Shown here piece after piece: positions 16,067-25,466 of a stretch of DNA of 35,167 nt. The stretch spans positions 1 through 35,167 of the IMG/VR virus record IMGVR_UViG_3300017589_000285; one strand, given 5' to 3'. The notes below the pieces were generated by a model that saw nothing but the letters and a program-made list of their open reading frames with translations, did no database searches and was not told the origin of the DNA. The first letter of the stretch is position 1, and every line of letters starts with the position of its first letter. The position numbers and the translations under genes were made by a program. This stretch comes from a virus (Duplodnaviria > Caudoviricetes).

Positions 16067-17818
16067 TTAAATCAAATTCATATATTCTTCCCGGTGCCTT
16101 TCAAATGCCACATACGCATCCAGCAGAGAGGCCGTTCCGTCAATGCGCCGTCTCTGGCTGCCGCCTTTTACAGGCTGGATATTATCGTTTTTGTCGACCT
16201 CAACAGAAGTATTGGACAGGCACCACTTGAGAATAGGATTATTATTGTAATTTATGACCTTAGATTCTAGATCAGCACCAAGTGATTTCATCGGCGATGA
16301 TAGGGTCTTCTTTCCTTGTATTACTCCTTCCATTGCCTCGGCACCGATTAAGTCTTTCATCTCTTCTACAAAATATGTCGCTGACCAATTGTCATACCCA
16401 AAGAACGATATATATATGTCATGTTCGTCCTGCATTTCTTTAAACCATTCAACAACATGCTTGTAATGGACTTTGTTACCAGGACAGGTTCTCAAAAGCC
16501 CCATGCTTTTCCATGCGGAATAAGGTATTTTGTCATCGCGCTCTCGTGCCTCAAGAATATCCTCCGGGATCCAGTACATCTGAAGGACATATATATGAGG
16601 ATCGCCCGGTAGCATAAAAAGGACCGTTCCGCAGGTAAGGTCTATAGATGACGACAAGTCGGCGCCGCCAATACCGTATCTGGGTTTTAGAAGAGTTAAA
16701 TCAAATGTTTCTGTGTTGTTGAGCTGCTCAAATGTGAGCCATGCTTCCGATGTTGTCTCTCTGACGTTAAAATCCTTCGTTACAAGGTTCTTGACTAAAA
16801 GCGGATTTGTTTTTGCTTTTTCAACCTTACTGGTGAGTATGTCCAGGCTTTTTATTGTGCCAAGCCCGGGGTTCGCTTTCTTCCAGCAAGCCGGATTCTG
16901 CCATTCGCTGCGCTTGTCCAGTTCATATATGATTGGGAGAACACGTTCGTCATGGTATCCGCTAGAATCACCATATCCATTTATTATCTGTTCGCATTCC
17001 TCATACTTAAGATCAAAGATACCTTCACGCAGAGTTCCAGCAGTGGATACTATGATCGAAAGCGGCTGTTCTCTGGCGCTCATCCCGTCGACAATTACGT
17101 CATACAAATTTCTATCTGATATGGCATGAAGCTCGTCTATAAGCGAGCAGTGGACATTAAGCCCGTCCAGCGTGTCACTCTCAGAGGAAAGCGGTTTGAA
17201 TACTCCGTCATTTGCTTCACAGACAATTTCTGCTACCAGTGTTTTTGCTCGTTTTGAAAGCACCGGCGACTTTTTCACCATCCGTTTGCCTTCAAGCCAA
17301 ATTATCTTCGCCTGATCTCTTTTAGTTGCCGCGGAAACGACTTCCGGTCCGTTTTCACCGTCGGCCAATAACATGTAGAGCGCAATCGCGCTGCCCAGGG
17401 TGGACTTGCCATTCTTACGAGCTACTATAAGAATAAGTTCTCGATACTTGCGTGTTCCGTCTATCTTATGAACAAAGCCGAATGTGGCCGCGAGTAAAGC
17501 CTTTTCCCATAACTCCAGGACAAATGGTTCGTTGCCCATCTTGCCCTTGGAGTGCCGGCAGTATTTCTCAATAAAGGTTATCGGGTGTTGCGCTTTGTTT
17601 TCGTTGTATTCCCATTCGCTTTTCTTGTCGTCTAAGTCGCGGACAAGTTTTCGATATACCTTATAAACCTTTCGGCTTACTATCTCTCTGCCCGATCGTA
17701 TCTCTTCCCAGTATTGCCTTATGGGATTTGTTCTTCCGGTAAGCAGCTCGGCACTTTCTCTAATTAATTTTTCCTTACGCTTTTTACTCTTTCCCGTTGA
17801 CGAAGTTTTCGAACTCAT
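16067..17818 (-). CDS. terL: Terminase large subunit
   Basis: Walker A VARKNGKS, Walker B LIDELH, nuclease GADLS and RIDG motifs. Start is approximate. Confidence 0.95.
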   Translation of the reverse strand: MSSKTSSTGKSKKRKEKLIRESAELLTGRTNPIRQYWEEIRSGREIVSRKVYKVYRKLVRDLDDKKSEWEYNENKAQHPITFIEKYCRHSKGKMGNEPFVLELWEKALLAATFGFVHKIDGTRKYRELILIVARKNGKSTLGSAIALYMLLADGENGPEVVSAATKRDQAKIIWLEGKRMVKKSPVLSKRAKTLVAEIVCEANDGVFKPLSSESDTLDGLNVHCSLIDELHAISDRNLYDVIVDGMSAREQPLSIIVSTAGTLREGIFDLKYEECEQIINGYGDSSGYHDERVLPIIYELDKRSEWQNPACWKKANPGLGTIKSLDILTSKVEKAKTNPLLVKNLVTKDFNVRETTSEAWLTFEQLNNTETFDLTLLKPRYGIGGADLSSSIDLTCGTVLFMLPGDPHIYVLQMYWIPEDILEARERDDKIPYSAWKSMGLLRTCPGNKVHYKHVVEWFKEMQDEHDIYISFFGYDNWSATYFVEEMKDLIGAEAMEGVIQGKKTLSSPMKSLGADLESKVINYNNNPILKWCLSNTSVEVDKNDNIQPVKGGSQRRRIDGTASLLDAYVAFERHREEYMNLI

Positions 17819-18149
17819 CTTCCGGCTCCTTCGGCGGCTCCTTAACGACAAACTCCGTAAGCTGCTTCATTATTCCCTGGTAATTTTTATTCATAGTGTT
17901 ATAGAGCCGTGCTATGGGACGTTCTCTTTCATAAGGCTTAACATCTCTGCTTTGAGTAAACGATTCAGTAAAACCGTTTTCGTCAAGATCCGCTTCCATA
18001 TCTTCAAGCGTCACACGCATGAACGCTGCCCTTCGGATAAGTCCTTCGATGGCGGATCGTTCTTTTTTTGAAATCTCATTGTATATATTACTAACTCTTC
18101 TTATCTCTTTCTTGATTCTTTCATCTTTGCCTAAATCCTTCTTTTTCAA
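17784..18149 (-). CDS. terS: Terminase small subunit
   Basis: 121 aa helical protein directly upstream of terL with AGGAGG RBS. Confidence 0.8.
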   Translation of the reverse strand: MKKKDLGKDERIKKEIRRVSNIYNEISKKERSAIEGLIRRAAFMRVTLEDMEADLDENGFTESFTQSRDVKPYERERPIARLYNTMNKNYQGIMKQLTEFVVKEPPKEPEDEFENFVNGKE

Positions 18150-18258
18150 GTCACCGCCTCCTTTTTTTGGGTGGGGGTCATGCGCGCGGCCTGCGTGTTC
18201 CTCGTGTCTCCACGCTACGGTCTGGCTTTCCGACCCCCAGGGTGCCGAATAGGGGGGG
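18150..18258. other. Probable cos/packaging region
   Basis: GC-rich intergenic with G/C runs between HNH and terS, the usual cos location in HK97-like phages; cut site not identifiable. Confidence 0.45.
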
Positions 18259-18540
18259 CTAGACTGCTATTAATTGCCCTTTATTGTCAAATTTCACATC
18301 ATTTCTGGTAATTTCTTTGGATAAATGCTCTCTGTTATGACACTCAATACATAAGAATTGAAGGTTATCCCAGTTTAATGTAATGTTTGGGTCGGTTTCG
18401 TTCTCATCCGTGATATAGGTTTTATGATGGACAATGTAGCCTGGTCGTTTACATCTTTCACACAGATAGAAGACAGAAGCCGCGTAGCCCTCTCTACACT
18501 TAAGCCATTCTTTGCTTACGTAGAAATCTCTTCTTGCCAT
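18259..18540 (-). CDS. HNH endonuclease (terminase-associated)
   Basis: LCERC...VHH...NLQFLCIECHNREH. Confidence 0.92.
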   Translation of the reverse strand: MARRDFYVSKEWLKCREGYAASVFYLCERCKRPGYIVHHKTYITDENETDPNITLNWDNLQFLCIECHNREHLSKEITRNDVKFDNKGQLIAV

Positions 18541-18553
18541 TCTTCTTTACCTC

Positions 18554-18715
18554 ACGAACGCAACATAATTTTTTAACCTAAAAACGAACGCAACATAAAG
18601 AGCAACCGTCGCATTCGTGCGAAATTGCCCTAAACGCAGGCTATGGCGTTTCCCGGAGTCTCCCGCCCTACCCCCATATATGATGAACGCACCATAAAGG
18701 TATTTTGTTGCATTC
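18554..18715. repeat. Array of GAAYGCAACAWAA-like boxes, candidate recombinase site
   Basis: ACGAACGCAACATAA at 18554 and 18584; two 31-bp imperfect inverted pairs at 18586-18616 and 18685-18715. Confidence 0.7.
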
Positions 18716-18806
18716 GGGTGACTGGTTGAAAAGCTCGGCTGAGACGGAAGATTATCCTTCTCATGTTCTGAAATCTTCATGCAGGATTTACTAACATCAG
18801 TATTAG

Positions 18807-19409
18807 TTAAATGTTTAAGCCTCTTATGAGTTCATCTGTTTCGTCTTTTGTTATCCCAATATAAGCAAGAGTAACCTCTGGTGACGAGTGATTGAGTATA
18901 TATTGAATGCGTGTGATGTCAGTCCCGGCAGTATACAAGGCGTAACCAAAAGTCTTTCTCATCGTATGAGTCCCTATTCTGCATTTAATACCCGCCTCAC
19001 GTGCCGCATTATGAAGCGCTCTCCACGCCGCAGACCTTGTAATAGACTTGCTTCCTCTTCCCTTTCTTGAGGGAAAGAGAGGCGATTCTGTCCCTTCCGG
19101 AGAGGATAGAAGCCCTGATTTTGTTATATATTCCTTAATAGCATCTTTGGCTGCTTTATTCAGCAAAATATCGCGGTTTTTCTTTGTTTTCTTCTCAATG
19201 ATTTCTATGGAGTCAGTGACCCTGATGCGGCTTGGTATCGATGCAGGATCCAGAATGTCCTCAACTTTAAGCCTGAGTATGTCAGAGGCTCTAAGACCGG
19301 TGTTTGCCCCGAAGGTAAACATGGCCCAGTCCCTTATGTTTCGTCTCTTAAGCACATGCTTGAACCGCTCAACTTCGGTCTTTTCTCTAAGTGGCTGCAC
19401 CTTCTGCAT
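18807..19409 (-). CDS. Small tyrosine recombinase (catalytic domain only)
   Basis: Intact R-K-HxxR-H-Y set: TGLRASD, EKKTKK, THTMRKTF, LNHSS, TLAYIG. Confidence 0.92.
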   Translation of the reverse strand: MQKVQPLREKTEVERFKHVLKRRNIRDWAMFTFGANTGLRASDILRLKVEDILDPASIPSRIRVTDSIEIIEKKTKKNRDILLNKAAKDAIKEYITKSGLLSSPEGTESPLFPSRKGRGSKSITRSAAWRALHNAAREAGIKCRIGTHTMRKTFGYALYTAGTDITRIQYILNHSSPEVTLAYIGITKDETDELIRGLNI

Positions 19410-19439
19410 CTATATCACCTCGCTCCGTTTAAACCATAT

Positions 19440-19473
19440 AAAAAAGCCGCCCCCATAAAGGAACGGCCTTTTT
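19440..19473. terminator. Imperfect hairpin with A/T tracts on both sides
   Basis: AAAAAGCCG...CGGCCTTTTT upstream of the recombinase gene. Confidence 0.4.
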
Positions 19474-19563
19474 CTCACTGTTTTATTGTCAACAAGTCCA
19501 TGGTATAAGTATACATCATTCTCGTGGCGTAGATAGTACCAGAGTGCGGACATACTCATTTTT

Positions 19564-20100
19564 TTAGCTTTTCAAGTAGAATTCATCGCCCGGCATCCAA
19601 CAAAGTATAACACGGACCAGAGTACGGACTATATTGTTTTTTCGCCTTCTCAATGTCCTTGGACACACTCCATCATATTTATTCTGGAGAACTGACATCA
19701 TTCCGCCCTTGCCATCGTGTATCATTCCGCCGGGGCGAATGAAGAGCGCATATTCTTCAAGCTGCTGCCATCCGATCGGATATATTGATTTATAATGCCT
19801 CACTGCCTGGTTGATTCTTGACCAGCCGCCGACCTGCCGAACGATGTTGTATTCTGTGGCTGTTGCCATAATTATTGTTTCTGCTAATGGCGTTTTTTCG
19901 CCGCCGTCTACCCGTACTCCTAGATCTGCTGAAGGTTTGAATTTCATATCATAAATTTCGATGGATGAGGGAGGCGTGACCATCCCGAGAAGAATAGCAA
20001 CTCCGGCCTCATTCCTGGACAGGATCATATTAAAAAGATCTACAAGCCCACAGACTAAATCTTCGTATTGAAACAAAGCCGGCATCGTTTTCTCTGTCAC
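19564..20100 (-). CDS. Hypothetical protein, possible late transcription regulator
   Basis: Last early gene (the position of ArpU/RinA-type activators); basic HTH-like C-terminus VCPRTLRRRK; TATACT -10 box downstream at 19513-19508. Confidence 0.5.
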   Translation of the reverse strand: MTEKTMPALFQYEDLVCGLVDLFNMILSRNEAGVAILLGMVTPPSSIEIYDMKFKPSADLGVRVDGGEKTPLAETIIMATATEYNIVRQVGGWSRINQAVRHYKSIYPIGWQQLEEYALFIRPGGMIHDGKGGMMSVLQNKYDGVCPRTLRRRKNNIVRTLVRVILCWMPGDEFYLKS

Positions 20101-20118
20101 TTTCCCGCCTCCTGATTC

Positions 20119-20559
20119 CTATTGCCCTAACAATTCCGGATCAAAATCTTCTGCTCCCGGCGGCAGGTCTGCCTCGTCGTCAGACGGAGTATAACCATCC
20201 GCTGTTTTTGCGTCCTTCGGCAGCCAGATAACCTTTGTGAGGTTGTAGTTAAAAAGCGTTGCTGTGATCGTGCAGCCGAGGCGGCCATCTTTTGTTTGGT
20301 ACGTGTGCGGGATAGGATCCTGAACGAAGGCCTTTATTTTATCGCCCTTTTGAATGCCCTCGAAACTGAGCTTTGCGGCATAATCATTCCATGCTGTGAT
20401 CTCCCACCATGCCTGGTTCTTATTGTCATAGGTGCCGTCTTGTTTTTTTTCACTTCTGCCGCATGCCATCTTTATTTTGAAATATTTCTTACCCTTTGGG
20501 GTCTGACCTTCCTGTATGTCCGCTATATGCCCGTACAATTCGACTTTTGCCTGTCCCAT
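20119..20559 (-). CDS. ssb: Single-stranded DNA-binding protein
   Basis: OB-fold pattern (WWEITAW, KGDKI) with acidic C-terminal tail. Confidence 0.8.
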   Translation of the reverse strand: MGQAKVELYGHIADIQEGQTPKGKKYFKIKMACGRSEKKQDGTYDNKNQAWWEITAWNDYAAKLSFEGIQKGDKIKAFVQDPIPHTYQTKDGRLGCTITATLFNYNLTKVIWLPKDAKTADGYTPSDDEADLPPGAEDFDPELLGQ

Positions 20560-20570
20560 TTTTTAACCTC

Positions 20571-21440
20571 CTATACCGCTAACTTTGATTGGATGCGCAT
20601 TCCCCTGTAATCCTTGCAGCCGTTCATCCAATGCACGTGTCCGAAATCGGGATCTTTGATTCGGCTAGCAATCCGAAATCCGCTCATAGATCCCGCCATT
20701 TTTTCGAGGTTCGCAATGTCACCAGCATTTGTGGTAATGGTCATCGCCAATTTGTGCGAATAACGATAATCAATAAGGCTAAAAAGACGTTCGTTTACCC
20801 ATCCCGTGTCGTATTGGGTTCCAAGGTCGTCCAGGACAACAAAGTCGGCATTTTTAACCGATTCTTCGAGAGCTGCTGTTGTGTTGGTGTCGAAGGTCTT
20901 TTTTATTTCGTCGAGTAGCGTTATTACCGGTAGGAACAGCGCTGTTTTGCCGTGTCCGAGATATTCTTTGATCTGAGCGACGGCCAGATGCGTTTTCCCT
21001 GTGCCAGGAGGTCCTCCGAGCACAAGAGACTTATAGCTTTGTGTGCATTTTTGAGCCAACGATAATGCGATTTGGACCTTGCTGTCACAAACCAAAACAT
21101 TGAATTTTTCAAATGTACATTCGGAATATTTTGCCGGCACTCCGCAGCTTCCAACTGTTTTTTGTATTTGAGTCTGCTGGCGCTCATCGGACCCCTTCTG
21201 GCAAGGTTCGCCTGCCGTGCTATAAGACATTCCGAATTCCGATTTAACCAGAATTGGCTTCATGACATAACCTCCGGTCGGACAATTCCTTATGCCTGGA
21301 CATGATTTATGACAATTTTCTGATCTCATTGCCAGACTCAATCCACCTAACGATTTTGGTAGATCTTTAATATTTGCCTCCGGGTAATATCCCTTGATCC
21401 ATTCAAAAATTGTCATTTGTTGGTCATAATTCTGCATCAT
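20571..21440 (-). CDS. DnaC/IstB-like ATPase (helicase loader)
   Basis: GPPGTGKTHLA, VVLDDLG, IDYRY and ITTN motifs. Confidence 0.92.
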   Translation of the reverse strand: MMQNYDQQMTIFEWIKGYYPEANIKDLPKSLGGLSLAMRSENCHKSCPGIRNCPTGGYVMKPILVKSEFGMSYSTAGEPCQKGSDERQQTQIQKTVGSCGVPAKYSECTFEKFNVLVCDSKVQIALSLAQKCTQSYKSLVLGGPPGTGKTHLAVAQIKEYLGHGKTALFLPVITLLDEIKKTFDTNTTAALEESVKNADFVVLDDLGTQYDTGWVNERLFSLIDYRYSHKLAMTITTNAGDIANLEKMAGSMSGFRIASRIKDPDFGHVHWMNGCKDYRGMRIQSKLAV

Positions 21441-22284
21441 TGCCGCCCCCCTTCGTGATCCCGAATTCCGCTTCCAGTGCCGCTAGATTTGCCTCTTCCC
21501 ACGCCTTGTTCTCCGCTGTTGAGGCTGTTTCTACCTTGGGCTGTGCCCGAGCTGATTTCGTTGATTTTTGGAATTTCAGGCTGTCGAAAATATATATAAA
21601 AGTCAGTGCTGATAAAGGCTTACCCTGCTTTTTAAATCGCTCTGCTGCCTTTGTTATCTCCCGCTGGATCCGCGCCGGAACATGTATTTTATCAAGGGAC
21701 ATTATCGGTCCTAGTTCATCCGGTGATAAACCGGAGCGTCCTGTTTTTAATAACAGAAATTCAACTGTCTCTTTCATGGCCGAAGGTATTTTCTTAAGAT
21801 CTTCTTCCTCGAGGATCGGGACCTGTGTATTATCGGGAGATGGGTCCGCTCCCTCTGAAAGAGTATCTTTTAAATCTAGTTCTTTTGGTTCTAGTTCCGC
21901 CCTACCGGATTTTGAACCCTCCCTCTTCAAATATTGAACCCTCCCCCCTTCAATATTTGAACCCCCCTGTGACTGTGTGCCGACAACTGTATAAACACAG
22001 GAAGTTTGACGACCGTCATAAAAACGTTCTTCTCGTTCAATGACGCCTTTTGCAGTAAGGTTTTTAAGAGCGGTCCTTACGGTATTCTTGGAACAGCCAC
22101 TAGCGTTGGCTATAGTCCCCACAGACGGCCTTCCACTACGGTCATTTACATTCATATAAGAGCAAAGAACTGCATAGATGGCTTTGTCTGTTGTCGTCAG
22201 ATCTGGATCTCTAAGGACATCTATATCTACCTGACAATACCAAAATTTGCGCCCCTCGCGTAGAGCTTCTATTTCATCATGCAT
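21424..22284 (-). CDS. Replication initiator with N-terminal winged HTH
   Basis: DPDLTTTDKAIYAVL...PSVGTIA...SKNTVRTALKNL; internal iterons; upstream of the DnaC-like gene. Start is likely 22284. Confidence 0.85.
   Translation of the reverse strand: MHDEIEALREGRKFWYCQVDIDVLRDPDLTTTDKAIYAVLCSYMNVNDRSGRPSVGTIANASGCSKNTVRTALKNLTAKGVIEREERFYDGRQTSCVYTVVGTQSQGGSNIEGGRVQYLKREGSKSGRAELEPKELDLKDTLSEGADPSPDNTQVPILEEEDLKKIPSAMKETVEFLLLKTGRSGLSPDELGPIMSLDKIHVPARIQREITKAAERFKKQGKPLSALTFIYIFDSLKFQKSTKSARAQPKVETASTAENKAWEEANLAALEAEFGITKGGGNDAEL
21866..21967. repeat. Probable replication origin (iterons within the initiator gene)
   Basis: TTGAACCC at 21912, 21934 and 21957 with TTCAA..TTGAA dyads, next to TCTAGTTC x2 and an AT-rich patch. 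Confidence 0.7.
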
Positions 22285-22600
22285 TGTGATAAGCCTTAAC
22301 CCAATAGGAAGAAGAGGATTGTCCGTTTTCATCCAGACGCTTACTGATGGTTAAATAATTAAGATCTTCAAGAGTCTTGAGGGCTCTTTTCACTGATCGC
22401 CCCGAGCAACTGGCACGCTGTGCTATTTGTGATATTGCGGGTTGACAAGATCCTCCTGCTATAAATGCAAAAGTACAGATCGACGTATAAACACACTTTT
22501 CAATAGTAGAAAGCCGTTCATCTTTCCAAACGCTGATATCGATTGGCATCAAAAGAAACTCCCGCTCATCACGGATTTGGATAGTTTCATTAGTCATCAC
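22277..22600 (-). CDS. Stand-alone winged-HTH protein paralogous to the initiator N-terminus
   Basis: DERLSTIEKCVY...PAISQIAQRASCSGRSVKRALKTL. Confidence 0.8.
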   Translation of the reverse strand: MMTNETIQIRDEREFLLMPIDISVWKDERLSTIEKCVYTSICTFAFIAGGSCQPAISQIAQRASCSGRSVKRALKTLEDLNYLTISKRLDENGQSSSSYWVKAYHNA

Positions 22601-24198
22601 GCTACCTCCTCTTTCTGCATCTCATAATAATTAGCCCTGACTAACGCTTCTGCTACTGGCGGACATACTGAGTTGCCGCACATCCTGACCTGTGCTGTCT
22701 TTGTCATTGGCTTGCCGTTGTATATAGGGTCAATAATGTAGTCTGCCGGGAATCCCTGAGCGTTGAATAGCTCTCGCGGCTGTAGCATTCTTAACCCTAT
22801 GTCGGTTATGATGTAGTTTTCGCCGCCAATTGCCACTGTTACAAGTCCCATTCTGTCTTTGCCTGTTATGGTGTCCATCGGTTCGGTTAATGAACACCCA
22901 TCTTTTTCGTTGCCGTAGTATTTTGTGAGAAAGGCTGAAACTAATCCGGTTTTGCCGCTTCCTTCGGGCATTACCGTAAGCATTGGCTGGTTAATGTTCT
23001 GACCTACTGATGTACCGAACTGTCTTGTGAGTGAACATGCGGCCAGCGCATTGTGGTCTATCGCTGTCACTGTGGGCATCGGGTTGTTGATTGTCGCTCC
23101 AACCACGCCTCCGTAGTATTTGCTAAGAAATGACGACACAAGCGCATAGCGCGGATTACTGTCAATTACAAGCATGGGGTCTTTGAGCGATTGCCCCCTG
23201 ACTTCTTTGTCTGTCTTTTCGCCGTGATATTGAGTAAGAAAGGCTGAAACAAGCCCCAGTGCGTGTGGACTCCCAGCAGGGCGCGCGCTTTGTCCGCCCG
23301 CGGTGATAGTTGGAAGGGGCGCATTCAGTTCCTTCCCTGTAGCTCCGGTCCTAAATTTGGTTATGTGCGGCAAAACAAGACCAAAGGTATCTCTGCTTGT
23401 TTGTGTACGCAGAGGAACATTGATATCACATGCTTGTTTCCCGTTTTTAAAGCTCACGATGAATGGATCCGGGTTGTTAATAACAAACTTAATAATCCCT
23501 TTTGCGATACGCTCCATTGTGTTTTCTACAAGAGGCTTTTTGCGATCAAAAATACTTGGGCATGGAATGTCCCAATCTATACACTCTGCAGCCGTATGAA
23601 ACGGAACACCTGTACTTGGTCCATGGGTAGCTTCTGGCCAGGATATTTGCACATGGTCTGCGTTTGCAATAAGAAAAAATCTTTTACGTGAAGTGGGTGC
23701 TCCGTAGTCACAAGCTATAAGTTTTCGATACTCTACGGAATAACCGAGATCTTTTAATTGACGTATAAAAACATTAAATGTCTGTCCGGAAAGAGCTTTG
23801 ATAGGGTTTCCTTCTTGGTCTATTGGCCCCCATGTTTTAAATTCTTCAACGTTCTCAAGAATTATCGTTTTAGGCCTAACTGCCTTAGCCCACTTTACGG
23901 CGATCCACGCAAGCCCTCTAATCCTCGGTGATTTTGGGGCGCTTCCTTTTGCCTTAGAAAAGTGAGTGCAGTCGGGGCTTAACCACATTAAATCAACGGG
24001 CTGGCCGCCTGTTACGGCCATTGGGTCTACTCCCCAAATATCTTCGATGTAATGCTTTGTGCCGGGATGATTTGCCTTGTGCATTGCCATAGCTTCTGCG
24101 TTATGGTTGATAGCTATGTCGGGATCACGTCCAGTAGCCATGCGAATGCCAGTTGATGCACCGCCGCCACCTGCGAAAGAATCAATTATCAACCCCAT
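22597..24198 (-). CDS. DNA (cytosine-5) methyltransferase
   Basis: DSFAGGGG (motif I), SPDCTHFS (IV), LENV (VI), AQGFP and CGNSV (X); TAATG overlap gives start 24198. Confidence 0.93.
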   Translation of the reverse strand: MGLIIDSFAGGGGASTGIRMATGRDPDIAINHNAEAMAMHKANHPGTKHYIEDIWGVDPMAVTGGQPVDLMWLSPDCTHFSKAKGSAPKSPRIRGLAWIAVKWAKAVRPKTIILENVEEFKTWGPIDQEGNPIKALSGQTFNVFIRQLKDLGYSVEYRKLIACDYGAPTSRKRFFLIANADHVQISWPEATHGPSTGVPFHTAAECIDWDIPCPSIFDRKKPLVENTMERIAKGIIKFVINNPDPFIVSFKNGKQACDINVPLRTQTSRDTFGLVLPHITKFRTGATGKELNAPLPTITAGGQSARPAGSPHALGLVSAFLTQYHGEKTDKEVRGQSLKDPMLVIDSNPRYALVSSFLSKYYGGVVGATINNPMPTVTAIDHNALAACSLTRQFGTSVGQNINQPMLTVMPEGSGKTGLVSAFLTKYYGNEKDGCSLTEPMDTITGKDRMGLVTVAIGGENYIITDIGLRMLQPRELFNAQGFPADYIIDPIYNGKPMTKTAQVRMCGNSVCPPVAEALVRANYYEMQKEEVA

Positions 24199-24524
24199 TA
24201 CACAGCCTCCGTTTTCTTCTTTATAGGTAATTTCGGTGTGGGCATCCAATATTCAGGGTTGCCGGTGTTGTTGATGTCGCAATCCTTAAAGCTCGTAAAC
24301 AAACCGCCTTGGTCGGAATCAGAGTTATGGAAGTAGTTTCCTAGGCATATTTCGCCATCTGAATAGCCGATAAGGCAGGGCATTGATTTATATGGGCGAT
24401 TGTCGCAGCTCTTCCATGTCGCCGATTCAAGATTTTTAATTATTTTCATAGCTTCTTCAATTTCTATTTGGGTTAAGAGATCTTTATCTATTTTGATGGC
24501 GCTCATAATCCTATCGGTAGTCAT
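24198..24524 (-). CDS. Hypothetical protein (DUF551-like C-terminus)
   Basis: AGAGGAGG RBS; C-terminal YWMPTPKLP. Confidence 0.6.
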   Translation of the reverse strand: MTTDRIMSAIKIDKDLLTQIEIEEAMKIIKNLESATWKSCDNRPYKSMPCLIGYSDGEICLGNYFHNSDSDQGGLFTSFKDCDINNTGNPEYWMPTPKLPIKKKTEAV

Positions 24525-24536
24525 AATATGCCTCCT

Positions 24537-24731
24537 CTAAAATAGTTTTTGTTGATCGCTGTCAGCCTCTGACGTTACCTCAGAGTCTTTTGGTTTCCTG
24601 TTTCCGAACGGACATCCCTGTTCAGGGTCCGTGTTATCGTTCGGAGTGTAAAACGGGTGGTGGCATTTAACCCTTGGGCTTGTCCCCACCCACTCAATCT
24701 TTATAAAATACGCGCAATCGTTACATTTCAT
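24537..24731 (-). CDS. Small Cys-rich protein (64 aa)
   Basis: MKCNDCAYF...C...GCPFG...QQKLF; start overlaps the upstream stop. Confidence 0.6.
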   Translation of the reverse strand: MKCNDCAYFIKIEWVGTSPRVKCHHPFYTPNDNTDPEQGCPFGNRKPKDSEVTSEADSDQQKLF

Positions 24732-25251
24732 CTTTAGAATTCTTAAGTCTTTCAAATGAGATAACCCAGACCATGGGATTATCTTCCCAACTCCTACCTT
24801 GCTTCTTGTCGTTGAGGCTGTTCCATAGGGACTTAAATTCTTCTCTGCTCGATACTCCTTCTGAAATTGCATCTGATTCAGAAATATCCTGTCTTTGAGC
24901 TATCTCCAGTGATTTAATGTCAAGTATTATTCGTGAAGCCCATCGTGGCATAAAGATTGAAGGAGTGGTCCGATAATAGTTGTACATAGTAGGGTTATAC
25001 GCAGCAGGCGCTAAAACCTCTTTTATGTCGCCATCTGCTTCGTAGTAAACAGACCATTTTGTCGGCCTTGGTATTTTAGGAGCAACTTCTTCAGGGAAAC
25101 TTATAAAGGTCTCCTTCACCCACAACCGATCGTTTCCTATTCCGTATGGCCATCCATGTATATTCTTAATAACTCGTCTTGTTTGTGTTTTTTTACCTTC
25201 GAGGATTGCACTAACCATAGGGGCGCTGAATAAAATAGGTCTTTCTTTCAC
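24721..25251 (-). CDS. ASCH/PUA-like phage protein
   Basis: MKERPILFSAPMVSAILEGKKTQTRR, PSIFMPRWASRI and NPMVWVISF motifs. Confidence 0.75.
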   Translation of the reverse strand: MKERPILFSAPMVSAILEGKKTQTRRVIKNIHGWPYGIGNDRLWVKETFISFPEEVAPKIPRPTKWSVYYEADGDIKEVLAPAAYNPTMYNYYRTTPSIFMPRWASRIILDIKSLEIAQRQDISESDAISEGVSSREEFKSLWNSLNDKKQGRSWEDNPMVWVISFERLKNSKDEM

Positions 25252-25466
25252 TCCGAACCCTCCTTCTTCTTAGGGTATCTCCTAAGAAATTCTGCTATAC
25301 ATCTTTCGTGGAAAAAGACATTGACCAATGTTTTCTTCCCGTTTTTTATAACTTCTAAATTCTCACAGCAAATATTCTCCGTTGGCGCAAAAGATTCCAT
25401 GCAAACCCCACAGTAGCTAACACCGATAGAACCTTCTTTGAGATTGAATATAATCACTCCGCACAC
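25248..25466 (-). CDS. Small putative Zn-binding protein
   Basis: CGVC...FHERC; overlapping stop/start coupling. Confidence 0.5.
   Translation of the reverse strand: MCGVIIFNLKEGSIGVSYCGVCMESFAPTENICCENLEVIKNGKKTLVNVFFHERCIAEFLRRYPKKKEGSE

Noticed and set aside
18554-18598. Mini CRISPR array
   Set aside because: Only two 15-bp copies with a 15-bp gap; no cas genes.
18547-18780. Minus-strand 77-aa ORF
   Set aside because: No convincing RBS; its repeated YVAFV peptides just translate the DNA boxes.
18786-18812. dif-like palindrome ending TAGTTAAAT
   Set aside because: Weak match to XerC/D arms with wrong spacing; overlaps the recombinase stop codon.
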